Shown in pieces: positions 1 through 13,904 of a DNA stretch of 64,000 nt. The position numbers and the translations under genes are program-made. The DNA lies in NCBI GenBank assembly GCA_016906335.1, contig JADEYG010000009.1, positions 496,001 through 560,000 on the forward strand. The letters are read 5' to 3'. Each line of letters opens with the position of its first letter. The stretch's first letter is position 1. A model generated the notes under the pieces. It saw only the letters and a program-made list of their open reading frames with translations. It ran no database searches and had not been told where the DNA came from. The DNA is from Novakomyces olei (taxonomy: Eukaryota).

Positions 1-2182
1 TTTTTTCGGAGCATCCGGCGAAACTGGCCAAATCAGATGTGAAATATAATACAGGCCTCCGCTCAAAAAGACGCCGAAAAAATAGTTGAGATTAAAAATG
101 TACGTGGCGCCTTGAGAATTGGCTGCATTTGTTAGCCATTATCATTTTGAAAAATAATAAAAGTAATGACTTACGTCCACCAACGTTCCCAATGAATCCA
201 GGCAGATTAATAGCGACGCCGCAGAGGTAGCAAACGAATCCACGAATGCTGAAACCTTTGTGATACCAGTACGGGCTTTCTTTTCCCCAAATGTACAAGC
301 CAGAAAGACGAAGGTAGCCCTTCCGACAAAAATACTGATATTAGTATAAGGCTGTTCAAAAATGAATAAGTGGAATGATAGAAACATACATAATCCGTGA
401 TTATAACACCGCTGATACTGGAAAGAAATACAGAGTAAGCGCTCAAACTTGCGGTAAACTGGTTCGAGCTCTTGAGCAGCTGGAAGGGGCAAATTGCGAG
501 GCCAATACAAGCACAAACATAGCATCCACGGCGAATATTGATAAAGGGTGGGCACAAGGCGGCCATATCGTTTCCAGCACTAGAATTAGCAAACACTCAC
601 GAATAACTAGACAAAACAAGAAAAATTGAAACAAAACAAAATAAATGTAGCATGAGCTTCAATATTCGTCTCTAAAATCATACCTTATACAGTTGGCCGA
701 CAGGTTAATACCAATTTGTGCGAGAATAAATCCGGCAGATATGAAAAATACACCAGCACGATCAGCGCTGCTATTGTACCCACGTTCGCGATCAACAAAA
801 GCGTCCAGGACGGAAAGAGGATCCCATTGAACTTCACCATTAAAAATAGAGGCACTCGCTGAACCAACGAGAACACCGATGAGTGAAGTAATACCAAATC
901 CGAGTACAATTCCTGTCCATTGGGGGATAATTGCATTCCTTGGCTGACGAGCAAATCGCGAAAAGTCGGAGGCATTCGCGATTAGCGTAGCAAAATTGCC
1001 CATACAAGATATAATAGCAGTAGTAAAAGTCCAGCTGAACTCGGAGCCATGTACAGTATTGCCCGCATGGAGGTAGGGGCCAGCTCCATGGGCACGGACC
1101 AGAGTCCAGATGAGAAAGGCAATAGCCAATGGCGGAGTAACATACGCCTTGAAGGTGAAAAGATGGCGAAGTCTATGTACAGGATGCCACATAATCGGCA
1201 GCTGAATTAGCCAAAAGATGAAAAACGACACAAAATCTCTTGTACTCGTTCCACTTGACTCGGGGATATGGTTTGGGATGTATCGGAAAGACGGCGCAAG
1301 AGAGTACTGTCGTTAGAATTTAGAAATAAAGAGAGTCAGAATATAATAACGCTCAAATGATTTAGACGGAATTGAACTTTTAATTGAGGCATAAAATAGT
1401 AAACAAAAGAAAAGCCTCTCATAATCTTCAAATCATAAATAGTTTCAGACATACAATCAAAAGCTTGACACAGTTTCCGCCGATATAGCTCTGTACGCTA
1501 AACCAGACAATCGACATTACGACACGATTGAGGACGGGCCAAAGACTAAAATTAAGTTTTCAATAATGCGTTACAATACTTACGCTCCGATAGTTCCAAA
1601 CGACGCACGGCACGCTACAGGGAACGAGATGTGGTAGACGGCGCCAATACGGGCACTTATACAGACAAAAGTAGCGGCAATACTGTAACCGACCCACACG
1701 CAAATCCAAGCCTGCCACCAGTTGAGGCCGGCCGCAATACTTGTACTCGCAATCATCCAAGCTTCAGGTTAGAATTGGCTCTTGAACGACGGAAATAGGA
1801 GGAAGAAATGAAAAGAGTGAAGAGGTGAACTAGACAAGGAACAGAAGCATTAAAGCATCATTGGACAATGCCGAGATTAAAACACAAATCCTAGCATATG
1901 AATTGTATATTCACAAGAGAAATAGACTAGGCAAGACGGCAAACGGTCGTCTCTAAAACTTACTGTTGATATTGATAGAATCTGCCAGCCAAAACGCGAC
2001 AAAGTCTAGAAAAAAATTAGTAGCTGAAATAATGATTAGGCAAATTGCTTACTCCATGGACCCCACAATCGCTTTTCCAAGGGCACGGGTTGCAGGTCCT
2101 TATTACCGAGAAACCGGTCCGCTGCACTTTGCCCCGTAGGGTTTTCGAGCTCGATCTTTTTCACAACAGCCGGCACCTTCAT
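1..2182 (-). CDS. NCS1-family nucleobase permease (Fur4/Dal4 uracil-allantoin type), multi-exon, 3' end truncated by window edge
   Basis: ATG at 2182. Spliced translation gives [38 protein letters not shown]..., [22 protein letters not shown] and [19 protein letters not shown], all typical NCS1 motifs. Seven GT-AG introns with CTAA(C/T)-like branch points. Confidence 0.9.
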
Positions 2183-3654
2183 TGTATAGAACTGCAGTCG
2201 CAATTGTCAATGTTGAAGACTGGCTTAATAGCTCGTGGCTGACAAAAGACTAAAGATGTGCTGAAGAAAGGAAAAGAGCTGTAATGCTCCCAACACCGGA
2301 CGTGGTCGAGTGTAATTGTACTGCGGCAATTGATCTGAGCCTGGAAGAAATAAGGGAATTTCTCCAAAATTGATATGGCACTAGAGCGAATGCTGAATTC
2401 GACATATGAGTCTCGTCAGATTTAAATACAACGTCATTTGTTATCGATCGCCTTTTTTCGCCGTCGCCGCCTTCGCCCTTCAGTTCCTCGTGCAAGATAT
2501 ACTGATATACCCAAATAGGAAATCTCTATAAAAAAATTGCGAATGATTTTATATAGTAGCAGAACGAAATCTGGTTGTAGTGTCAAGGAATATTATGGGT
2601 TATGTGAATCATGCACGCCAATTATCGAGCGATGAAGCAAAAGGGAAAATTTCCATCTCTAATTGCATCGAGCAAGTCTCGGTAATAGACCAATTAAATG
2701 ATGGCAGTGCTCCTGGTTTCTAGCATATAAATGAATAATTGATAGCGAGGCTAATTGTAAATTTTTTTTCACATTCAACAGAGTTTCATTGTATATTGTC
2801 CTGTATATTGTCCCATCATTTGTCTTCAATGCACCATTAGTATGGGGTTTCCTTCCAATTATCGTCATCGGGAAAATTGAGTGATAATGGTTTAGGGGTA
2901 TACTTACTTAGCCGCCGCCCATTATGTTATCAGGCGAGAATTTTGCGGAAAGCTGGAATTTGGCATAGCGTACGCCAAGATTTGGATACGTTAGTCTCAT
3001 TGTTAGTTTATGCATCAGATGACGTGCGGTCGAGTAGAAATTGCTCCGCTGTATTTCATATTAATTATTCAATTAATCCGATATGCTGCAAATCTTCCAT
3101 ACAAGTTGTATGACCTTCGTCACTCTTGAAAAGATAGTTTCTTGCTGGCAGCAAACAAGTTTAGTGCAGGTTTAGAGTGAATATCTGCTTTATGAAATTG
3201 TACACAATTTATTTGATCAGCACATTGTCCACTCGTTTCAGTTTTAGAATAGCAATTACAGATAAACAAAATTGTCTAGAGCCGAACTTACGATCCGCAT
3301 ACTTGTAGAGTTTTACACGCTTTCAGACTTTCTAACCAACTTTACATCAATAAAATTCGTTAGTGTCACAACAACTGATTAATTGTGACACCCCAGGATA
3401 AAAATGTTTCACAAATTTCATTGAAGTATCGAATAAATAGGATTGCTGGCCAATTATTGGCCAAGATAAGGAAGTAAACGCATTGACTACGAAGCACGAC
3501 CATGTCAAAAGTGCAGTCTAAACACAAACAAAAATATTACCAAGTGTATTAATAATATGAACCAAAGATACGGAAAAATTACGGATTTAAAGGAAACAAA
3601 GGCGGTAGGATAAATTGCTAATGCCTTGAAGCGCTGTGCGTCAAAGGCGATTAT

Positions 3655-5196
<1,542 letters not shown>

Positions 5197-5862
5197 GCCT
5201 GCCGTGCCGACTCGATCGATGATTGATTGACTTTTGTGTGGACCGTTCTCGTGTATTTATTATAGACAATACAATCAGAGTATAAGTGGGTGTCTCGTGG
5301 CGATAGATAGTCAATCAAGTCTATATATACTTGTCCATATTATCGCCCGCAGAACGAATACTTGTTTTTGCCAGGATTATGTGGTAAAATAAATCACATA
5401 ACATAGTCTTGAGTATATGAAATAAAGGTGATTATATGAAATAAAGGTGATTATCAACAGCAGCAATGAAATTAACAGTATAGAAACATCAATACTTTCG
5501 GAACTAAAAAGTAGAATACAATAAGAAAATTAACAATTTAAAGAACGCCTAATAACCGCTAAAGAGAACTAGTAACACCAAAGGAAACGAATATTACCAA
5601 AGAAAACTAATAAATAAAAGAGAGACTTCATAGTTACAATAGAAATTTGTTACAAAAATGCACGATTCAAATTTTAGACGTGTTCCCTTGTATAGCAATG
5701 ATCCAGGCCTTCTGTCTAAAATTTACACATCGCAAAAGAGCTGTATTTTACATGCAAAAAAAGTATACTCCACCATGCACAATAAATCTCATTTATGGTA
5801 TCATCTACGTCATTGTATTCAAAATATTTACAGCGCTTTATCGTTAAAGCCAGGCACAGAAT

Positions 5863-7573
5863 CTAGTCACTCACTTCTATCACTTCCTGGTCCGGTGGGA
5901 TGCTTGATTCAAAAGACCGGCGCCGGGCTGGCGCGTCTTTTCGTCCACCGAGTGATGCGCTGGGCAAATCATGCTGTTTGGGCTCTCTTGTACCCTTATT
6001 CCTCTCTCGTTTCTTACTAGAGTCGTCTTCAGGCTCATATCCAAGCTGCTGGCGCAGCTCAAAGTACTCGTCCAGTCGTGCCTGCCGTTCCGACCGGTCA
6101 TCCTCGTCCCGACGCCTAGTTTCATTAATAACATGTCTTAAACAAATATAGATATGAACAATTAAATGTTAGACTTTAAGAATTCAGCGTCTAGAATTAG
6201 ACTTACTTTACAACAACTTGCTCCTCTTCCTCTTCACTAGCGTCGCTATTGTCCTCCTCGCCATTCTCCTCCTCCTTTGAAGAACTCTCCTCAGACGCTG
6301 TGCTCTGTCCAAGCCGCTGTAAAGCAGCCGCTAGTCTTGCTTGGCGTCCATTTGCACTTTGCGCACGTGGCTACAGTGGGAATTATTAGTCTTTCTCTTC
6401 AAATATTTACTCTAATTTTTTTTTTCAAATAATTATTAATGTTTTTTGGTTTACCTTTGCTTTCAGGCCAAGTTGACCTCTAAGTGTAGGGTCACTTTGC
6501 AACTTCTCACCGTGAAGGCGCATGCGCTGCTTCAAAGTTGGAGCACGAGGCGCTCGTCGTCGTCGACGTTTACGCTGACGATGCCGGTCCCAACTGCCTC
6601 CACAAAGTTCGATCGGCCATTCAGAATCGCCAAGTCTTCTTTGCTGTTCCCGAGCATAAGTCACAGAACTGTGTGTAAAGGAAAAGCGGCCTTCGCCACG
6701 GTAACCTCGCAGCATTAGAGCCTGCATTTCCGCCTTGAGACCATCGAGAAATGTGTAAAACGCTTTAGAGTGTGACATGTGTCGAATATGACTCAATTCG
6801 TGAAGAAGAATATTAAGGGCTACATCAAATGGCAGCCACATACCATTCTGTGATTTAAGCACGCTGTTCAAGGTCAGTTGAAGCACCAAGCATTGAATGG
6901 GGGCCGTACAGTTCCACCGCTTCACCTGCAATTTGTTAAAGATGCCCCGTAAATAAAGTCAAGCTATGAAGGTTCAAATTTCCGATATGCTTGATTCTGC
7001 TTACCTGCATTCCAATTTCTAAATGTTAGACGAAATAGCACGATACAAATCGAAACGTAGAAAGTAAAAATAGCCTACAGCACAACAATTCAAGGTAATT
7101 CTAAAAGAATTAAAAATTAAAAAAAGACGCGCCGAGACGGAGCCATCAAACGGTAACAAGTCACAGACAAGAACAAAGCTAACCGATAAAAACAGCAATA
7201 CTTTCAGGTGCACATTGATCGGGCAGATGAATGGTTCCAACGGTTATTGTTAAAAAGCAGAGTAAAACAACGAGCGATCAAACGGGCAAAGCAAAGATGA
7301 ATTAAAACAAAGCATATACCTCCCCCAGAATTCTTTGTTTGAAGGATACTCATCGAGGCTTGTAACGTCCATACCGTGATTACGCATAATTGGCAATACG
7401 ATAGCAGCCAGACGGTTTAAATAATCCCGAGCAGCTTCTTCGTCCGCGCCGGGCAACGGCTTTATGAAACCTGACCGTTAGACACAAGTCTGCAAAATTT
7501 CAAAATATTCTACGCTACCGAATCTATCGTTAGGATGTGCATCTGTATTGTACCGCCTTATGCCTGGCGGCAT
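5863..7573 (-). CDS. WSS1: Wss1-like WLM-domain zinc metalloprotease (DNA-protein crosslink repair)
   Basis: Spliced: RLAAIVLPIMRNHGMDVTSLDEYPSNKEFWGRNWNAGEAVELVLKS...LLHELSHIRHMSHSKAFY (HEXXH). VIM-like RQARLAAALQR and C-terminal SIM-like EVIEVSD*. Microexons at 7005-7018 and 6910-6925. Confidence 0.9.
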
Positions 7574-7671
7574 TTTGGCCAATTGGTTACGAGTGAAGAT
7601 TATAATTAGATAATAATATTACGTAGAATCCAAAAGCAAAGACAGCCATTACACAACAACATTGGACTCGA

Positions 7672-7800
7672 TAGGATTGACACGATATGATTGACTCGAT
7701 TTAATTGAGTCGTAAATTGGACTCGTAAATAATTGGACTCGTAAATAATTGGACTCGTAAATAAATGGACTCGTCAATTATTGGACTCGTAATAATCGGA
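7672..7800. repeat. Imperfect ~16-bp tandem repeat (AATTGGACTCGTAAAT) in a divergent promoter
   Basis: About 5 near-exact and several degenerate GGACTCG(T) units between the WSS1 start (7573) and the ATG at 8006. Confidence 0.9.
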
Positions 7801-8005
7801 CATTACCAATATTGTTATGGTGGGAGCACGTGTCGTCACAAACCATCGATTGCATAATAAATACACTATATCCGAAACGAATCCCCCACAATCGCTCTAT
7901 CGCTATTTATTAGCGAATAAACTGTATATAATTAGTCGACGGCCGAGTTTATGACGTCCGTATCCCTTATATTGTAAATTTGACAAACTGAGGGCAAAAG
8001 CAGCT

Positions 8006-10771
8006 ATGGAAGATCTCGAGCGACAGCCTCTCACACACGAAGCAGTTCAACAAGAAGCAGAGCAGGCAAAGCGCGAACTTTTACGTCGCAAAACGAGACT
8101 CTTGCGCGCTGGCCAAGCGTTATTATTGGTAAAGCTTGTCAGCAATATTTAGTGCACTACTAACACGCGACTTGCAAAGGGCTATCTTCCAAGCAATGCT
8201 CAATTACTCGCGGGCTTTGCTGCCTTGGAAAATTCTAAAGTGCTTGACAGTCGCTCACGTCGGCTGTCGTTGCACGGACGCCATTTTATACGGCACGTGA
8301 ATGACCTATTGCAGGCTACACGCAGCTTTTTGCATGAGCGTAATGTATGGGAGGTTAACTCGTGCGCTGTGACTGATATTTTTGCAGACTGAAGATCAAC
8401 TTGAAAATATGATTTTCACATTGCGGGCTATTGACCTGGCTCATCAGCGTAAGGAAATTTTCACAAAGGATTGGCTTGACAGTATTTTTCAAAGAAAGGG
8501 ATTGTTTGTTTTTATTTTTATTTTTGTCTATTCTAATTATTGCCCCATGTATTCTGACTTTTGATTAGGAAAACATCTAGGACGCGCGCGAGATAGTGCT
8601 AGACGCACTTCGAGTAGGTCATTTCCACGTTTCATGTGCCTGTGGGAAGCTAAACTTTGCAGCCTTTCGACGTTACATTTCACTTGCTCGTAGCGTTGTA
8701 GCAAATCCGCATATCGATTACATTGCACAAACCTTGAAACAAGGTAAAGGATTAGTTGTTCTCAATATACACGTTTGAGTTTTATTGCTATATCTCTTTT
8801 CTACCACTATGCAACATTTACCTTTTAATAAATTTAAAAAATAAATTAATATTAAATTAACCGTTTTACTGATACCAAAAGTTTTGGCTGATACCGCTAC
8901 CGGTGTAGAAATTGACACAGGCCGCGCCGGTGCTGCACGAGCGCGTGAAAAAGATGTCCCCAAGGCAATTGATAGACAGTTGGAAGATTTGGAAACCAAA
9001 TTGGAGAAAAGCGGAGAAAATCGACCAGAAAATGTGGAAGTTTCGACTGTTGCCGATGTCGCAGAGAAGGCTGGCGACCATGTTGCGCGTAACGTCCGCA
9101 GTGCTCTGACAGATGAAAAACGTGAAGAACTTGACCGTCATGTTTGCGAGGTAATAATTCATATAATGTTAAAAATAAATTAAAATTTTATCGTAAATCA
9201 AATCAAAGAAAGACACAATTATAATACTGTCTCTATTGCAGTTTGTTTTATTATTCCATTTGACAAAACTAATGCTATAGCTGGTAAAGGAGCTGCGTGA
9301 CGCAGGGACTCTGGACTCTATCGTACACATTTTGCGCGGCATTATCGGGAGCAGGACAACGGCAGAAGCTCGGGCGGCAGAGCAAAAAGGCCATATATTA
9401 TTTGGTGCAATTAAACATGACGAAGAATTGGAAAAAGAAATTGCAGTGGTCCAATTGGCTCTGCAACTTTTTGCTGGAAATGAGGCAATTGGCCGTGTGA
9501 AAAAAGCATGGAACCATCTACAATCACAGTTGCAAGACGAAGCAATGTGCAAAAAAGAAATTCCTGAAAAACTCGAAAAACTGCTCAATCGTTTTGCTCA
9601 CGATCCAGACTATATCGGCTCACGTGAGATGCGCCGGGACGTGAGCGACTTTTTAACACGAATACAATCGGTCTTAGAACGTCTCGATACGGGAGAGGTA
9701 AAGGCCACTTTTCACGGATTAATAGACGGATTCAAGGCGGACAAGCCTTTGTCAGATATATATAAAGCAGCAACTGCAATTGGACAAGACTTGCGACTAA
9801 CAAAACGCGGGTCGGGACTATTTTCCCGTCGATTTCGTCGAGATTTAACGGATGTACTACTTCCTCGTGTGATTTCTCATGTGCGGTATATTTTTATGCC
9901 TCGAATGGAGTTGGAAAGCAAAGATTACAGCTTACAAGTTGAAAATATCAGCTTGGAGCCCCATGAATATGCTACTTTTATGCCCTATCGTATAGAGACA
10001 GAGATGAGCAGTCACTACAGTTTGGAGACGGCGTACACTGTAGAAAGTCGGTGGCAAAACCGTGTTGAACTAAGCATTCAACATTTTAGCGCATCTGTCC
10101 GAGACGTTGCCTTTTCCGCGGCTAAAAAATCTGGGTGGTTCCGGATTCAAGACGAGGGTTACATCGACCTCGTGTTTGATGTAAATATTACAGTGTCACT
10201 TGAAGCAGTTGCCAAGGAAAGAGATTTGCCTCTTCAAAAGCCCCCAAAAAGATCTGGCAGAAAGAGGGAAAATGAAAAAGACGAAGAGTTTGTTATGCAA
10301 GTTCGCAGTGTCAAAGTCCAGTTTTCTACTCTAGAATTTAAGCTTCGAGGCGTACGCCATTACATTTTGGCGTGGCTGTTTGAACCTTTATTAAGGCCAA
10401 TTGTAAGGCGACTTGTGGGTGGTATTTTAGAGCAACAAATTCGTACTGCACTTTCTACAATGTACAATTACGCTGACGCTGTTCAGTCACGGTACCGTGA
10501 TGATTGTGATGAGTATGACAATTTACCAGAGGCAATTTTAGGTGCTATCGTCGATGGATACCATGATGTTCGTGACGAACAGGTTGAGGAGCCAGTTGAC
10601 GAAGAAGAAGAAGAAAATGCAACAGAGACTCACGTCACTACTGTGGGCATCCACGCTGCTCATCAAGTTGCTGCGGCTGTAGTAAACGAGCAAGACGAGA
10701 ATCTGCCCGGTGAAGAGGAAAGGCCAGCTCGTCTTGTAGGAACTTGGTACAGTCCTGCCTTTGATTTGTGA
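8006..10771 (+). CDS. Uncharacterised DUF4449/HAM1-like protein with a BPI/TULIP-like C-terminal region, multi-exon
   Basis: Spliced N-terminus contains GYLPSNAQL. The long last exon contains YIFMPRMELESKDYSLQVENI and FSAAKKSGWFRIQDEGYIDL, which resemble fungal DUF4449-family proteins (family call from memory). Confidence 0.65.
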
Positions 10772-11512
10772 GAGTAGTAACAGGACTGGGGCACTTAAAT
10801 ACAGAATTTTTTAGGTTTTGCAAATTGCTTTTCGACCAAGTTATTACGGTTGTCGCATTTACCCGTCTGGCAAGTTTAACATTGGCACCGTAGTTGTGTA
10901 TACGTTTCTTTATGAGATTGTGCGTTGATATTTCCAACTGTTTGTAAAGTAGAAAAATACGATTAACATCTGATCCTCGACTCTACTTTTCTAGTTTGAC
11001 TACATAAACCATGCACTGCCTCATGTTGTTATCTGTGTATTAATAAAGGTAACCTACCGAGAGTATATACAAATAGCGGCAGACGATGTCTCGTTCGTGC
11101 AGCAAATTGTGCGCGCACGATATGAAACATAAACGATTGGAACTTTGGTAAAAGTCCAAAAAAAACGAAAAAATTAAATATAAAAAATACTGTTCAAGAA
11201 TCCGTCTGTGGTCGCCAATAGGTTACCAATAGGTTACCAATCAAAGACATAAATTAACGGGCTTATTGAGGGCATATTAAAGCATTTTGCTTCAAAATTG
11301 AGGTAAGATTAGAGCGAAATAAAAAACAAAATACGGCGGGATCAGCTTTCCAAGACGATGTATGAGGAGAAAATGGTCAAATCAGAATCGACCAGTTGTA
11401 ATAATCCCGGATCTGTGGCTAAATACGAAAATACTCAATCGGCATTCGAGATTATTCCACTCTCTCTCCAAGAATCATTTTTCAATCACTTGGTGCGCCA
11501 AAGTTGTTCTGA

Positions 11513-12086
11513 TTATGCCTTATCGTCCTTCTTTCCAGGCTTAGCAAGAAGCTGCTTGTTGATAAAAGGCAGTACACCACCACCAGCAATAGTGGCCTTG
11601 ATCAATGTATCAAGTTCCTCGTCACCACGGATAGCTGCATATTAGAAACGGAGAACTACAAGTAAAACAGAACAAAATTCGAAGAAAATATAGGCCCATC
11701 ACAGAAACGTGGAACATAACAAAATAAACAGCAATAAACCAAAAAAAAAAAAACAAAAAAAACCAAAAAAAAAAACAGAAGAAGAAAGAGTAATTTAAAA
11801 GCAACGTACCAAGTTGAAGATGGCGCGGCGTAATACGCTTGACTTTAAGATCCTTGGCCGCGTTTCCAGCCAGCTCGAGTACTTCGGCAGTAAGATATTC
11901 GAGCACAGCAGCAGCATAAACTGCCGCCTTCGCGCCGATTCGCATATTGTTTTGAGCCCGGAGCTTCATAAACCGACGAACACGGCCGACGGGAAACTGC
12001 AGACCGGCTCGAGCAGAGTGAGAGATTTGAGAGCGGCCTTCGCTGCGGGAACCTTTGCCCTTTCCGCCTTTTCCTTTGCCAGACAT
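11513..12086 (-). CDS. HTZ1: Histone variant H2A.Z
   Basis: [18 protein letters not shown]...[61 protein letters not shown]. Intron 11635-11809. Confidence 0.97.
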
Positions 12087-13300
12087 CGTTTTGTTTTGAG
12101 GAGGCTGTATTGACGCGCGTGTGCTCTTGTATTTTGTTTTGGTTTGGAGATAAATAAAAAGTATTTGTTTTTATCATACATTTTCCTATTCTAATTGGGC
12201 GACGTGTATATTCGCAAGTAAGCCAGCGCGCAAGTTTTCTTGCTCAGCTTTGATTTGTATAACTGACGACACATTATTTTCATATTTATTGTACAACTAA
12301 TAGAGATATTACAAGTAACGTTCAATGCTCGATTCCGCAGAAGGATTACTTGCCACTAATAACCTTGCCGAGAATGTATACGCGTAACTGAACATAATCG
12401 TCGCGGCTGTTACTTGTGTGTTACTTTTTATTTATTCAAGTAACAGGTAGATGCGTTTTGTGCTACAATGGCAGTTTGTCGACACTATTGCACAGTGAAA
12501 ACGAGCATAGTTGATAATTAATGGCCGATTTATCCAAATAACCAAATTTCTACGCGTAAAATATGTCAGCATAGATTTTGCATATTTTTCTCCTCTATTC
12601 GTCAGCCTCTATTCGTCAGTGCCTTCCTATCCGCACAAAGAGCATTTTTAGCATGGTTGTTGGTCTACCGCCTATGTCTTTAATGCTCACAAAGCAGTGT
12701 CTTGATTTGCAAAGTTTATTCGTATTTGCTACTCATATAACAGCATTAATTGACGCTCCAACGTGTCCAACGTACAATGCCACACACTGTCGCAAAAAGG
12801 CCTTTTCTTTGGTACATAACCCATATTCAAAGGCGTCTTTGATTGCTGCAATAAACAATACAGAACCATAAAATACTGTTGAAAAGGCTCCGAAAGCATA
12901 AAGGCTTTTACGGCAATATGAGTAAACGCATATTACAGTATATAAACATGTGCATGATATACATTTCTCTCATCACTCAGATCATTTAGCGTAGTTCGTA
13001 AAAAGTGAAATATTTATATAATAATATCCGCGTCAAAAGCACCGTAACCTCGATCTCTGGAGTCACTCGAAGTTTGAACTCGATGTTGCATTGCTTCAAG
13101 TTTGGCGCAATTTAAGGGATAAAATTCAAAGCAGTATCGAAATGCATGATAAAACTGAACAAGTCATAGAATTGCAACAATGTTATAGAAGAGGATTTTA
13201 TAAAATGGGCTTAGAACCCGTAGCCAATCCGTCTCGGCAGATAGAGAAACTAATAAACAAATGAAAATTAATAAAACAAACAAATGAATAAATCAATTTA

Positions 13301-13404
<104 letters not shown>

Positions 13405-13904
13405 CGATTGATTGATTGATTGAATAAATGAATAAACAAAACATAAAGACACATGAACATTATGAACAGGTCCAAACATCATTCAAATAAGAGTCAAGGT
13501 CGCCAAAACGATAACCGCCTGCGCAATTACCTCATCCCGCATCCCACATGTTCCAAGCTTGAGCTTTGGTTAAAGATACACGGCAAAAGAAATTAATAAT
13601 AAAAAGATAATTACGGAACTTGAAACATTTAGATGATCAAATAAAGACAAACAAAAATTGCTGCTATTTCTTTGAGCGGCTCGAGAATAGAAACCTGTGA
13701 GCTGCAATTCGTTTCTTTTCAATTCAGAGCGCGTTTGATCTAAACTAGTCTCTGAGCAACAATTGCCTTTTCCTTCTTGCCCCTTTTTCCATAATGCGTC
13801 TTAAAACTTCATTAATAGTACTCGCAGACACATGTCCATGGCTGATCCCGAAATTACCGCTTTAACCTCTTTATGCCCGTCTGTTCTCAACTTTGCACGC
13901 ACTT

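Noticed and set aside
3363-3391. 9-bp inverted repeat GTGTCACAA...TTGTGACAC downstream of YPT1
   Set aside because: Short and isolated; compatible with chance; no transposon features.
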